Part shown: positions 17,693 through 25,575 of the stretch, piece by piece
Position numbering within the stretch: the stretch's first letter is position 1
How the letters are laid out: each line of letters begins with the position of its first letter
Notes under the pieces: generated by a model
Databases searched by the model: none
What the model was told of the DNA's origin: nothing
Seen by the model: only the letters and a program-made list of their open reading frames with translations
DNA from: Desulfobulbaceae bacterium
GTDB lineage: Bacteria > Desulfobacterota > Desulfobulbia > Desulfobulbales > UBA5123
DNA length: 42,050 nucleotides
NCBI GenBank assembly: GCA_029865195.1
Contig: JAOUHH010000001.1
Coordinates: forward strand, 1 to 42,050
Direction of reading: 5' to 3'
Position numbers and translations under genes: made by a program

Positions 17693-18676
17693 TTAAGAGA
17701 GAGCGCAGCGCTTGTGCTGCTTGCTTTCGCCGATGGCGCCGTTATACGCACCGGTCCAGACATGGTCCGCGCCGAGTACCAGTTCGTTGCGCTGGGCCGG
17801 GCGGGCGTTGAGGTCTTCCCACTCGCCCTTCTTGTTCTTGAGGCCGGGCAGCGACACGTAATAGCTGGTGCTGGCGATCTTGGCGGTGGGGATGACGCCC
17901 TTGATGTTGTAGGTGATCTGGTTGTTGTTGGAGTTGGCGTTGACAAAACTCGCGGCCAGCGCCTTGTAGATGCGGGACATCAGTATCGGGTGGCAGGTGA
18001 TGTAGAAACCACTGCCGGCCGAGACGCTGTAGCCGGCAGCTTCCATCTCGGTGACGATGGCGGCGCAGGCGTTGTTGATGGTGGTGACGTCGTCGGTGGC
18101 GAACGCCTGGTTGATCCCAGCGCCCATGGCTGCCATCAGGCCATAGAAGAGATCGGCCTTTTGGTTATACCAGTTGTTGAAGGTGTCCTTGGTCAGGTCA
18201 TCAATCAGGTAATACTTGTTGAAACGGAGCCAGTCGTCCTCGATGGCGAAGCCGCCGATGAAACGGAGCAGGCCGACCTGTGACTTGGCGCTGGAAGGCA
18301 GGCGCGAGAGTTTGGCCTCTTCGCCGGTCTTTTTCTGGTAGAAGGTGACGCCGCCGGAGATGTCGAGCATCTCGAAGGTGTCGTTGGAGCTGGCCCGCAT
18401 GTCCACGTCGGCGAACAGGGCCTCATAGCCTCGATCCGGAGACTCGACGGTGTCGCTTCCGACCATGACGATGGGCGGACCGGAGGCGACGAGGTTCGGG
18501 TCGATACCGATGATCTTCTGGCCCTGCACGGACCCGGCGGCGACCATCTTGACCGAGTCGGCGGCGATGGCCTTGAAACCCTGGCAGACGGCGTCATAGA
18601 TGGCGACTTTCTGGAGATTGGCGGGAACCTTGCTCAACTTATCCCAGTCGATGAACTGCTTTCCGTTGATGATCAT
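17693..18676 (-). CDS. Major capsid protein
   Basis: 327 aa, following the protease/scaffold and decoration genes. Confidence 0.8.
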   Translation of the reverse strand: MIINGKQFIDWDKLSKVPANLQKVAIYDAVCQGFKAIAADSVKMVAAGSVQGQKIIGIDPNLVASGPPIVMVGSDTVESPDRGYEALFADVDMRASSNDTFEMLDISGGVTFYQKKTGEEAKLSRLPSSAKSQVGLLRFIGGFAIEDDWLRFNKYYLIDDLTKDTFNNWYNQKADLFYGLMAAMGAGINQAFATDDVTTINNACAAIVTEMEAAGYSVSAGSGFYITCHPILMSRIYKALAASFVNANSNNNQITYNIKGVIPTAKIASTSYYVSLPGLKNKKGEWEDLNARPAQRNELVLGADHVWTGAYNGAIGESKQHKRCALS

Positions 18677-18719
18677 GTTGTTACTCCTTGCTGGTGTTCG
18701 CGGTTAATCAAGGGGCCGC

Positions 18720-19352
18720 TTAATTTTCGTTGAGCATCACCATGACTTCGTCGTCGTCATCGGTGGTCGGTTCGGCGGATTTGCCGATCTTGCTGTTGGC
18801 CTGGGTAACGGCGAGGGTGAACTTGTCGCCGACCACGAAGTCGGTGGCGCCGTCGTTGATGGTAAAGGCGACAAAGCCGTTGGCATAGGCAACGCCGACC
18901 TCGGCGTCTGCCATCCGGCCGGACTTGGAGCCGATCACCGAGAAGGTGCCGCCATTGGCGGCGGCGGCGATGCACAGCAGGGTCCAGCTCTCGGCCACGG
19001 CGTTGGCGCCGACTGCTTCGCCGGTCACGGTGCCGTTGCCGGTGTTGCCGCCGTCGGCTACCGCGTCGGCGGCGGACATGCCCTTGGACTCGGTGGCCAC
19101 GCCGTTGGTGGCGTCCCAGAAACATTCCTTGCCGTCGGCGATGGCGCTGCTTGCGCCGGTGGTTTTCGGGAAGGATGCCCGGCCCCGGTAGATGTAGACG
19201 TTCTCGACGTTGGCGAGGGCGGCGGATACCGCGATCAGGATGTCGCCGTTGACCACGATGATCTCGTTGGCGGCTACGGCGGCGTTGTGGGTATGCTTGC
19301 GGGTCCGCAGATGCTGGACGCCGTCACGGGGGGTTGCGAGTTCGTTTGCCAT
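18720..19352 (-). CDS. Head decoration protein (DUF2190-like N-terminus with an extra Gly/Ala-rich domain)
   Basis: Lies just upstream of the capsid gene. 'VVNGDILIAVSAALANVENVYIYRGRASFPK...ECFWD' fits the decoration-protein pattern. Confidence 0.6.
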   Translation of the reverse strand: MANELATPRDGVQHLRTRKHTHNAAVAANEIIVVNGDILIAVSAALANVENVYIYRGRASFPKTTGASSAIADGKECFWDATNGVATESKGMSAADAVADGGNTGNGTVTGEAVGANAVAESWTLLCIAAAANGGTFSVIGSKSGRMADAEVGVAYANGFVAFTINDGATDFVVGDKFTLAVTQANSKIGKSAEPTTDDDDEVMVMLNEN

Positions 19353-19404
19353 GTTCGTTCTCCGTGTAATGAGTTAGGAGGTGAATATCGTTGCGCGGTG
19401 CCGT

Positions 19405-20550
19405 TTACTTGCTGTCGCGGGGCACCAGCGGATTCTTTGAGCCGGTGAAGGCGGCGTCGGTGGAGTCTGCCGACTTGTCGCGGCGGTCGTCGCCCTCAAG
19501 CTGGCCACCGTCCGGGAACTTCTCGTTCATCCGTTTCTGCAGGCCCTTCACTTCCTGCCCCAGGAACTCGACGTCGAACGTGGCGGCGAATCCCTTGGTC
19601 TTGGTCTTGGCCTCTTCAGTCTGCTCGATCTCGCCGAGGGCGGCCTTCATCCGGACATAGTCGGCAATCAGGCCATCCTGAAACTGCTTGCCGAGGGCGG
19701 CCATGGCCTTGGATTCCTCGACCTGGCCGGTGAGTTCGGTGATCTTGGCGTCCTTGGCTGCAATGACGGATTTGACGGACTCGGTGATCTGGTCGTCGGT
19801 GGTGTCGTCGCCGAAGGATTTACCCAACACGGCGCCCAACATCTTCTTGAGTGCGTTCATACCTTTTCCTCTCTGTTGTGGTTGGTTGCCTTCGTCGGCA
19901 TCTGCGCCGGACTTGGCGGATTTTTGCGAGGTTGCCCCCTGCTGCGCTCCGAGCCAGACAAGCGACCCCTCGGTGGCCTCACCGGGGCCGGTGTATTCCC
20001 AGAACATGGTTTCGCCGTGCTTGCCCTTTACCGGGGCCATGTCGGCGGCGATGAAAGAAATCGACCAATGGCGATAAGTGCCGCCGTTGATGTTGGCGAG
20101 GATGTCCTCGACGCTCGGCGTCTTGATCACGTAGTACCAGGCCCACAGCACCTTGACGGCGGCAACGCCGTCAGGCAGGCGCGGGTCTTCGCCGGTGAGC
20201 TCCTTGAATTTCTCCGGGCTGATCTGCTCGGTGGTGGCGTCGAAATAGAGGCCCAGCGGCAGATAGTCGCGGCGGGCGTGGAAATACAGGGTGGATTTGC
20301 CGGGCAGGGTGGTGGCGAAATCGTCGAGCAGCGCCTCGTTGAAGCGTTCCCGGTCGCGGTCAACGCCGTTGTGTGCCAGCAACTGCTTGCGGACAAAGAC
20401 GGCCTCGGCGGTGACGGCCTCAAGGGCGTAGCGGTTGATCTTGGCAAGGATGTCGTCGGTGATCTCGACACCGGCGGCAGTGGCCTTGAGTCCGCTGCCT
20501 GCCGACTTGCTCCGGATCTCGCCGGGGTTGTATGTGCTCTGGCCGGCCAT
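19405..20550 (-). CDS. Prohead protease fused to a scaffold-like C-terminus
   Basis: The N-terminal part has 'DRDRERFNEALLDDFATTLPGKSTLYFH', which is protease-like. The C-terminal part is a charged coiled coil. Confidence 0.6.
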   Translation of the reverse strand: MAGQSTYNPGEIRSKSAGSGLKATAAGVEITDDILAKINRYALEAVTAEAVFVRKQLLAHNGVDRDRERFNEALLDDFATTLPGKSTLYFHARRDYLPLGLYFDATTEQISPEKFKELTGEDPRLPDGVAAVKVLWAWYYVIKTPSVEDILANINGGTYRHWSISFIAADMAPVKGKHGETMFWEYTGPGEATEGSLVWLGAQQGATSQKSAKSGADADEGNQPQQRGKGMNALKKMLGAVLGKSFGDDTTDDQITESVKSVIAAKDAKITELTGQVEESKAMAALGKQFQDGLIADYVRMKAALGEIEQTEEAKTKTKGFAATFDVEFLGQEVKGLQKRMNEKFPDGGQLEGDDRRDKSADSTDAAFTGSKNPLVPRDSK

Positions 20551-21086
20551 CAGTCTTTTTTCCCTTTCTTCATCATGGCCAGCACATGCTCGCCGGTGAT
20601 GACCTTGGACTGCAGGCGGGTGGCCGGCTCGACCGCTTTCTCTTCCCCGGCTGCGGCGGGAGCATCATCAGCTGGGGCAGGGGTGGTGCGGATGAGTTCG
20701 GCGATCTTGCCGTTGGCCTCTTTCAGCGAGGCGGCAAGGGTTTTGTTGTCGGCATGGGCGGACTCAAGGGCGGCGGTCATTTCATCCTTGGCCTGGCGGC
20801 CTGCCTCGTGGGCTGCCTGGTGGGCGGCAAGCATGCCCTCGGCAGCGTCGCGCTCATCGGCGGAGATGTCGAAACCAAGAAGGTTTTCAAGGGCCGCCAC
20901 TTCCGGCTTTCCTTCTTCGGTGTACTCGTCGGCCGCCAACTCGGTGATCGCGCTGCAGATCATCTTCATACGCACAAGGGCGCGGCGGGTGGATGTAGGA
21001 TCGCTTTCGGCGTCCTTCTGGCCCTCAACGCCAGAACCCTTGAAGTCCTTGCCGTCGGTAGTGATCTTGTCGCTCTTTTTCGCCAT
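20550..21086 (-). CDS. Head-module protein, function unclear (possibly scaffold-related)
   Basis: First gene of the head-tail operon. ATGA coupling to the protease gene. Confidence 0.4.
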   Translation of the reverse strand: MAKKSDKITTDGKDFKGSGVEGQKDAESDPTSTRRALVRMKMICSAITELAADEYTEEGKPEVAALENLLGFDISADERDAAEGMLAAHQAAHEAGRQAKDEMTAALESAHADNKTLAASLKEANGKIAELIRTTPAPADDAPAAAGEEKAVEPATRLQSKVITGEHVLAMMKKGKKD

Positions 21087-21154
21087 GGGCCTGTCCTCCG
21101 TGCTGCATAGAAAGAGATGAAAAAGTTCTACTTTTTAAGGGGTTCTCTTTCTCG

Positions 21155-21199
21155 TAGCAGGTAAGCGGGACGCAGGCTGGCAGAGGATGTCACTTTGTG
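21155..21199 (-). promoter_or_regulatory. Conserved late-operon element, copy A, upstream of the head-tail operon
   Basis: 38 of 45 positions match 28067-28111 without gaps (counted by hand), including GCAGGCTGGCAGAGG and TGTCACTTT. Confidence 0.45.
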
Positions 21200-21220
21200 C
21201 GGGTGGGGGGGATGGGCAAC

Positions 21221-21245
21221 AAAAAACCCCGCCGGGATGGGCGGG
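21221..21245 (-). terminator. Rho-independent terminator ending the antirepressor transcription unit
   Basis: On the minus strand: CCCCGCC-loop-GGCGGGG followed by TTTTTT. Confidence 0.6.
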
Positions 21246-21273
21246 GTTAGGTGGGCGAGCGGTGATGGGCTGG

Positions 21274-21498
21274 CTACTTCGTGACGACTGAAAGCCGCCC
21301 CTTGGCTCCTTGTCTTTTGAGATAATCGTGATAGCCGGGCTGGGAGAGCAGACGCCCGGAAACAAGAATCAACTCCAAAAGGTCGCAGGTTTCAAGAAAA
21401 CCTACAATCGACCTTCTCCAATGGCATGCCGCCTTTGAGTGGCGACCGCCTTGATCGGCTGGGGGTCTTACCGGCAAACGGACGATGGTGGCGCTCAT
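21274..21498 (-). CDS. Hypothetical small protein coupled to the antirepressor gene
   Basis: ATGA overlap with the antirepressor stop. Coding status is uncertain. Confidence 0.3.
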   Translation of the reverse strand: MSATIVRLPVRPPADQGGRHSKAACHWRRSIVGFLETCDLLELILVSGRLLSQPGYHDYLKRQGAKGRLSVVTK

Positions 21499-22376
21499 GC
21501 TTCACCCCCTTCCGCCATATCGGCAAACCGGACAAAGCGGTGATAGCGGTAACCGTGGGCGATCTTGCGGCAAGGCTCGCGCCGCCATCCCAAAAACGCC
21601 AGCGATTCTGACTCGCGGGAAAAGAGTGTTCCAAGGTGCTTTGGGTTTCTGAAGATGAGCGGCAACCTGGGCGCCCGCCCGGCGGCGATGAACGCCCCGA
21701 AGAACTGTGCCGTGGTGCCCTGCAGCCATTGGCCGTCAGGCCCGGTGCCGGTTTCAAGGCCGCAGCCGTTCGGTGGTGATGGCAGCAGCAGGGAAAGATA
21801 CTGCGACAGGGTGGCGGCCACGTCCGAGGCGGCAGGGTCCGGCGATTCGATTTCCTCCAGCAGGTCGGCAACCGGCATGCCGGTGAAGAAGTGCAGCGCC
21901 CGAAGGCTGGCCTTGCCCTTGAGGTACTTGTCCGCCTCGCGGCACAGAGCCGAGATGGCGTCCATGGAAAGGCCAGGGGAGGGCAAGGCCGCGCCTCCGG
22001 CATACTGCATCCGTTCGGCCCTGCCGGTGGTCCAATATTGCCACAGGGCGTCGTCGCATTCGTTTTGATAAGAGAGGATTTTTTCCCGGAGTTCTGGGCG
22101 GACTTTCTTGTGATTGATGGTGGCCAGGAACCCGGCAACCTTGCGGATGGGGATGCAGATGGTTTCTTGAATCCCTCCTGCGGAAGGCGTTGTGATAATC
22201 ACAACACCCCATCGATCATTGTTATTCTGTAATTTCACATACTGACTTGCCCAGTTTAGCCCCATGTTCTCAATGATCGGCCTGACCGGGGCGAAGGGTT
22301 CGCCGTTGTGGTCAACGGCAAAGATGGTGTCCCCGTGAAAAGGGACTGGTTCAAGTTGTTTGGCTTGCGCGGACAT
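21495..22376 (-). CDS. Antirepressor-like protein with a P22 Ant N-terminal-type domain (start refined to MSAQAKQ)
   Basis: 'PFHGDTIFAVDHNGEPFAPVRPIIENMGLNWASQYVKL' fits the P22_AR_N pattern. AGGAG lies 8 nt upstream of the ATG at 22374-22376. Confidence 0.7.
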   Translation of the reverse strand: MSAQAKQLEPVPFHGDTIFAVDHNGEPFAPVRPIIENMGLNWASQYVKLQNNNDRWGVVIITTPSAGGIQETICIPIRKVAGFLATINHKKVRPELREKILSYQNECDDALWQYWTTGRAERMQYAGGAALPSPGLSMDAISALCREADKYLKGKASLRALHFFTGMPVADLLEEIESPDPAASDVAATLSQYLSLLLPSPPNGCGLETGTGPDGQWLQGTTAQFFGAFIAAGRAPRLPLIFRNPKHLGTLFSRESESLAFLGWRREPCRKIAHGYRYHRFVRFADMAEGGEA

Positions 22377-22533
22377 GGCGGCTTCTCCTTTGTTGGGGTA
22401 AGAACTCCCCGCCCTCTGCGCTTCCAAACACAAAAAGGGCGGAACCGTACGGGTTGGAAGACCGGAACAAAGGAACCGGCGAGCCGAAGCTCCCCGCACG
22501 GCCCACCCAAAAGGTAAGCTATGCTGCGGACAC

Positions 22534-22559
22534 AAAAAAACCACCTGCACTGGGGGTGG
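22534..22559 (-). terminator. Intrinsic terminator/attenuator inside the antirepressor leader
   Basis: On the minus strand: CCACC-9 nt-GGTGG followed by seven T. It is nested inside an 8-bp outer stem (22526-22533 paired with 22565-22572). Confidence 0.45.
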
Positions 22560-22623
22560 CGGTGGTGTCCGCCTTTGTTTCCGGGCTTCCAAACCCGGTA
22601 GCGGATTTTGCCGCTACACCCCC

Positions 22624-22652
22624 AAGTTATCTCCTGGTTTTTCTATTGTCAA
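22624..22652 (-). promoter_or_regulatory. Sigma70-type promoter pointing toward the antirepressor gene
   Basis: On the minus strand: TTGACA (22652-22647), 17 nt, TAACTT (22629-22624). Confidence 0.5.
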
Positions 22653-22653
22653 T

Positions 22654-22698
22654 AATTAAATGTGCGGTTAGGGTACACACCTTACCGCACATTTAATT
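22654..22698. repeat. Perfect 15-bp inverted repeat AATTAAATGTGCGGT-N15-ACCGCACATTTAATT (candidate operator)
   Basis: Read directly. It abuts the -35 of the promoter above. Its core is shared with sites at 31493-31589 and 42031-42044. Confidence 0.6.
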
Positions 22699-22707
22699 AC
22701 ATAGGCC

Positions 22708-23091
22708 ATGTATAACTATACCAGATGTCCACATTGCGAAAGACTATACAAACTCGGCGATAAAAAACTCCAAATTATTGGGCAAGAGTTTGCTTGTCGC
22801 TGCGGCCAGCGTTTTGTTGCAACGGCGATAGAGGGAATACTACTTAAAGAGGACATCAAACGTGCATGCAAATTTAACCTCCTCTCGGTTGACTACATTA
22901 ACAAAGAATCAAAAAGGGATTCATTGCCGTTTGGGGTTCTTTTTGAAGAGTTTATGGATATGGTAAAGGATCACGCAATAACAAAATTGATTCGTGACCA
23001 CATAAACAAAAACAGATCAAGCTGGCGGAAACTATCAACAAAGGATGTTGAGGAAATTATAGACAACTTCAAAAAGAATAACGACCGATAG
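22708..23091 (+). CDS. Zinc-ribbon protein; AT-rich cargo gene on the opposite strand from its neighbours
   Basis: 'CPHCERLYKLGDKKLQIIGQEFACRCGQRF' is a CxxC...CxC zinc ribbon. It is the only plus-strand gene inside the late region. Confidence 0.6.
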   Translation: MYNYTRCPHCERLYKLGDKKLQIIGQEFACRCGQRFVATAIEGILLKEDIKRACKFNLLSVDYINKESKRDSLPFGVLFEEFMDMVKDHAITKLIRDHINKNRSSWRKLSTKDVEEIIDNFKKNNDR

Positions 23092-23093
23092 TT

Positions 23094-23483
23094 TCACGGC
23101 AACCCAATGCCGTTACTATCGACCGCCCAAGCATCAATCGGTAGATTGTAGTGTTCAATCGTGCTGTTTAAGCGCAGCCAGTATTTACGATCTTTGGGGG
23201 TCTCAAGTATCAAGACGATACCAGCTTTTTTGCCGGTTTGAAGCGAGTAATAAAGTGCTTGCCCTATCGCTTCGGCCCACTTTTTCCCGAAATCAAACTC
23301 AACGGCGTTCGTTGCCGTGAGGCAGTCGCAACGGGTTTGATCAGGCAACACGACTTCCTGAACTCCGCGCTGCTCCTCACACCATTGCTGCTGATACCAC
23401 TTTTCCTTATGGATTGTCTTGCTTGCTGCCGTGAACGGGCACAGCACCATTAAGGCGATGGTTATTACGATTGTTTTTTTCAT
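23094..23483 (-). CDS. Secreted small protein with a possible PD-(D/E)xK-like motif (start refined to MKKTIVITIAL)
   Basis: Signal-peptide-like N-terminus. 'RCDCLTATNAVEFDFGKKWAE'. AT-richer by eye. ATG at 23481-23483. Confidence 0.55.
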   Translation of the reverse strand: MKKTIVITIALMVLCPFTAASKTIHKEKWYQQQWCEEQRGVQEVVLPDQTRCDCLTATNAVEFDFGKKWAEAIGQALYYSLQTGKKAGIVLILETPKDRKYWLRLNSTIEHYNLPIDAWAVDSNGIGLP

Positions 23484-23514
23484 AAAACTACAATATCCCA
23501 GCCGGCCCAAAAAA

Positions 23515-25575
23515 TCACGCCTCACTTTTCGCCGGGCGACTGCTGCACCGGCATCTTGGGTGGGTATCGCGGACCGGCAGGGGGCATTTGTCGATGTCAT
23601 ACTCCCCGGCCAGGCTGCGGCACATATCGCAGGCATCAGGGGCCGGGGCGAAATCCAGCCGCTTGAGGCCGCGCTCTTTCCATTCGGCATGCTTGGCGCT
23701 TTCCGCCGCCATCGCCATTTCAGACCTTGCCAGCCGCTGCCAGTCGGCGTTCTTGTCGGTGAACAGCTTTTCCAGCCTGCGGGCCACCTCCACCGGGTTG
23801 CTGCCCGCGATGACGTGGGCCTCCATCTCCGGCAGGATCTTGTTGCGGAGCGCCTTGGTGGCGTTGTCCTTGACCAGATCAAAGCCATCCTTGACCAGCT
23901 TGTCGAAGATGCCGTGGTTCTTGAGGATCGACAACAGCGTCACCTCGTCTTCAACCATCCGGGCCGCCCGGATCACCCCGGCGCTGAACGCCTGGCCGTA
24001 GAACCAATACACCGGCGATTCCTTTGACGCCGGGTTGTAGGCGGCAAGCCATGTTTTCAACTCGGCGTCGATCAGGCCGCGCTGCTCGGCAGACATCGAA
24101 AAGCCAGGCGGGTCGCCTTCTTCTTTCGCGCCCCTGGCCTGATCGAGCCCGAGGATGGTCTTCACCCGGGCGAGCAGATCGGCCCAATCACCCTGCAGGC
24201 GCTTTTCGTACTCTTCCTCGAGGCTGTCCACCTCCGGCCACTCCTCCGCCCGCCGGCCCTCCTTGCAGCCGCAGGACTTGGCCGCCTTGACCGTCTCGCC
24301 GGGCAGCTTGAACGATTTTTCACCATGCACGGCCAGCGCCTTGCCGATGGAGAGGTCGCGCACATCGAGGGCGATGCCGAGGGTCTCGGCGTTCTGAACG
24401 TGGTACATGTCGGCCTGGGCGTTGAGGAACCGGGCCTGCGCCTGGGCGACAACGTCGTGCAGGTTGACCTGCTCGAATTCGAGCCACCAGTCGCCCTTCT
24501 TCCAGGTGTAGCCGCGCAGCAGGAGCATGGTCTGCACCAGACGGGTAAAAGACGGTAGTTTGGCGGCCTGCCTGGTGACGACATCGGCCAGCACCATCTC
24601 GACCTCGAAGTTGGCGAGGCGCTCGGTGGTGGACCAGTGCAGCCCGAGCATCCACGGCGGCAGGCCTGTTTTACTGACGATCTGCTCCAACACATGTCGA
24701 GACGGGACTTCCATCTCCAGCACCTGGCCGTCGGCGCCGATGATCTTGATATCGATGTCGCTGTCCTTGTCGATGGCGCGGATAAAGTCGGCAGATTTGC
24801 CCGCCCGTTTTGCCCGCACGGCGGCGTCGAACTCGGTGGCCATCTGATCGCGGCGGGTCTTGTGGTCGGCGCCGTCCCGTTTGCTGGTTTTATAGGTGAC
24901 CGAATAGCTCGGATCGCCAAACCGCTCCCAGACGTTGAGCAGCGAGTTGTGCATGGTGGCGAGGACCTTGGCCACGAACTCGCAGGAGCGGAGCATGGGG
25001 GTGCCGTGGGGGTTCTGGTTCTCGTTGCCGATGGAGAAATACATCAGGTTGTCGCGCTTGAGGAGCCGCCAGTCCAGGTCGGCGGAGGCCTTCTGCAGGA
25101 TATCGATGCCGCCGGCCGGGCTTTGACGCCGGAATTTGATGAACTTGGAGTCCGCCACCCGCAGGCCGATAATGTCGCGGCGGGCCTTGTCGGTGATGAA
25201 CTCACCCAGGCCGAATCCCTGCTCGAATGCCTCGTTGCTCACGTTGGCGTGGAAGGCCTGCAGGCCGGTCTGCAGATCGTTGACCGCCACATTGTCCTTC
25301 CAGTCGTTGATTATATCCACCAGTTTGTCGTTGTTGCCCTTGACGACGATGTGGCCGTCCAGCGACACCAGCCGGCCGATGGCGGCATCCACGATCGGGA
25401 TCGCCTCCCGCAGGAACTCGTAGAACGATGCCTCGACGTTGCGGGGGATGAATGACTGAAAGTAAGGGGTGAACGGCCCCTGGCCGTCGTTGGGCCGGAG
25501 TTGCACCCCGTTGGTGAAGGCGGCGTCCTTGGCGAAAAACCCCTTGGCGCGGGTAAGCAGGTTGGGAAAGTTCAT
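23515..25575 (-). CDS. Portal protein fused to a Mu F / SPP1 gp7-like head morphogenesis domain
   Basis: 686 aa, after terL. The C-terminal 'WQRLARSEMAMAAESAKHAEWKERG...CDMCRSLAGEYD...PPVRDTHPRCRC' resembles MuF. Confidence 0.8.
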   Translation of the reverse strand: MNFPNLLTRAKGFFAKDAAFTNGVQLRPNDGQGPFTPYFQSFIPRNVEASFYEFLREAIPIVDAAIGRLVSLDGHIVVKGNNDKLVDIINDWKDNVAVNDLQTGLQAFHANVSNEAFEQGFGLGEFITDKARRDIIGLRVADSKFIKFRRQSPAGGIDILQKASADLDWRLLKRDNLMYFSIGNENQNPHGTPMLRSCEFVAKVLATMHNSLLNVWERFGDPSYSVTYKTSKRDGADHKTRRDQMATEFDAAVRAKRAGKSADFIRAIDKDSDIDIKIIGADGQVLEMEVPSRHVLEQIVSKTGLPPWMLGLHWSTTERLANFEVEMVLADVVTRQAAKLPSFTRLVQTMLLLRGYTWKKGDWWLEFEQVNLHDVVAQAQARFLNAQADMYHVQNAETLGIALDVRDLSIGKALAVHGEKSFKLPGETVKAAKSCGCKEGRRAEEWPEVDSLEEEYEKRLQGDWADLLARVKTILGLDQARGAKEEGDPPGFSMSAEQRGLIDAELKTWLAAYNPASKESPVYWFYGQAFSAGVIRAARMVEDEVTLLSILKNHGIFDKLVKDGFDLVKDNATKALRNKILPEMEAHVIAGSNPVEVARRLEKLFTDKNADWQRLARSEMAMAAESAKHAEWKERGLKRLDFAPAPDACDMCRSLAGEYDIDKCPLPVRDTHPRCRCSSRPAKSEA

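Noticed and set aside
22560-22660. An SOS (LexA) box in the antirepressor promoter
   Set aside because: I found neither a CTGT-N8-ACAG-type palindrome nor a GGTT-N2-C-N4-G-N3-ACC-type match by eye. The host is unknown, so this stays untested rather than excluded.
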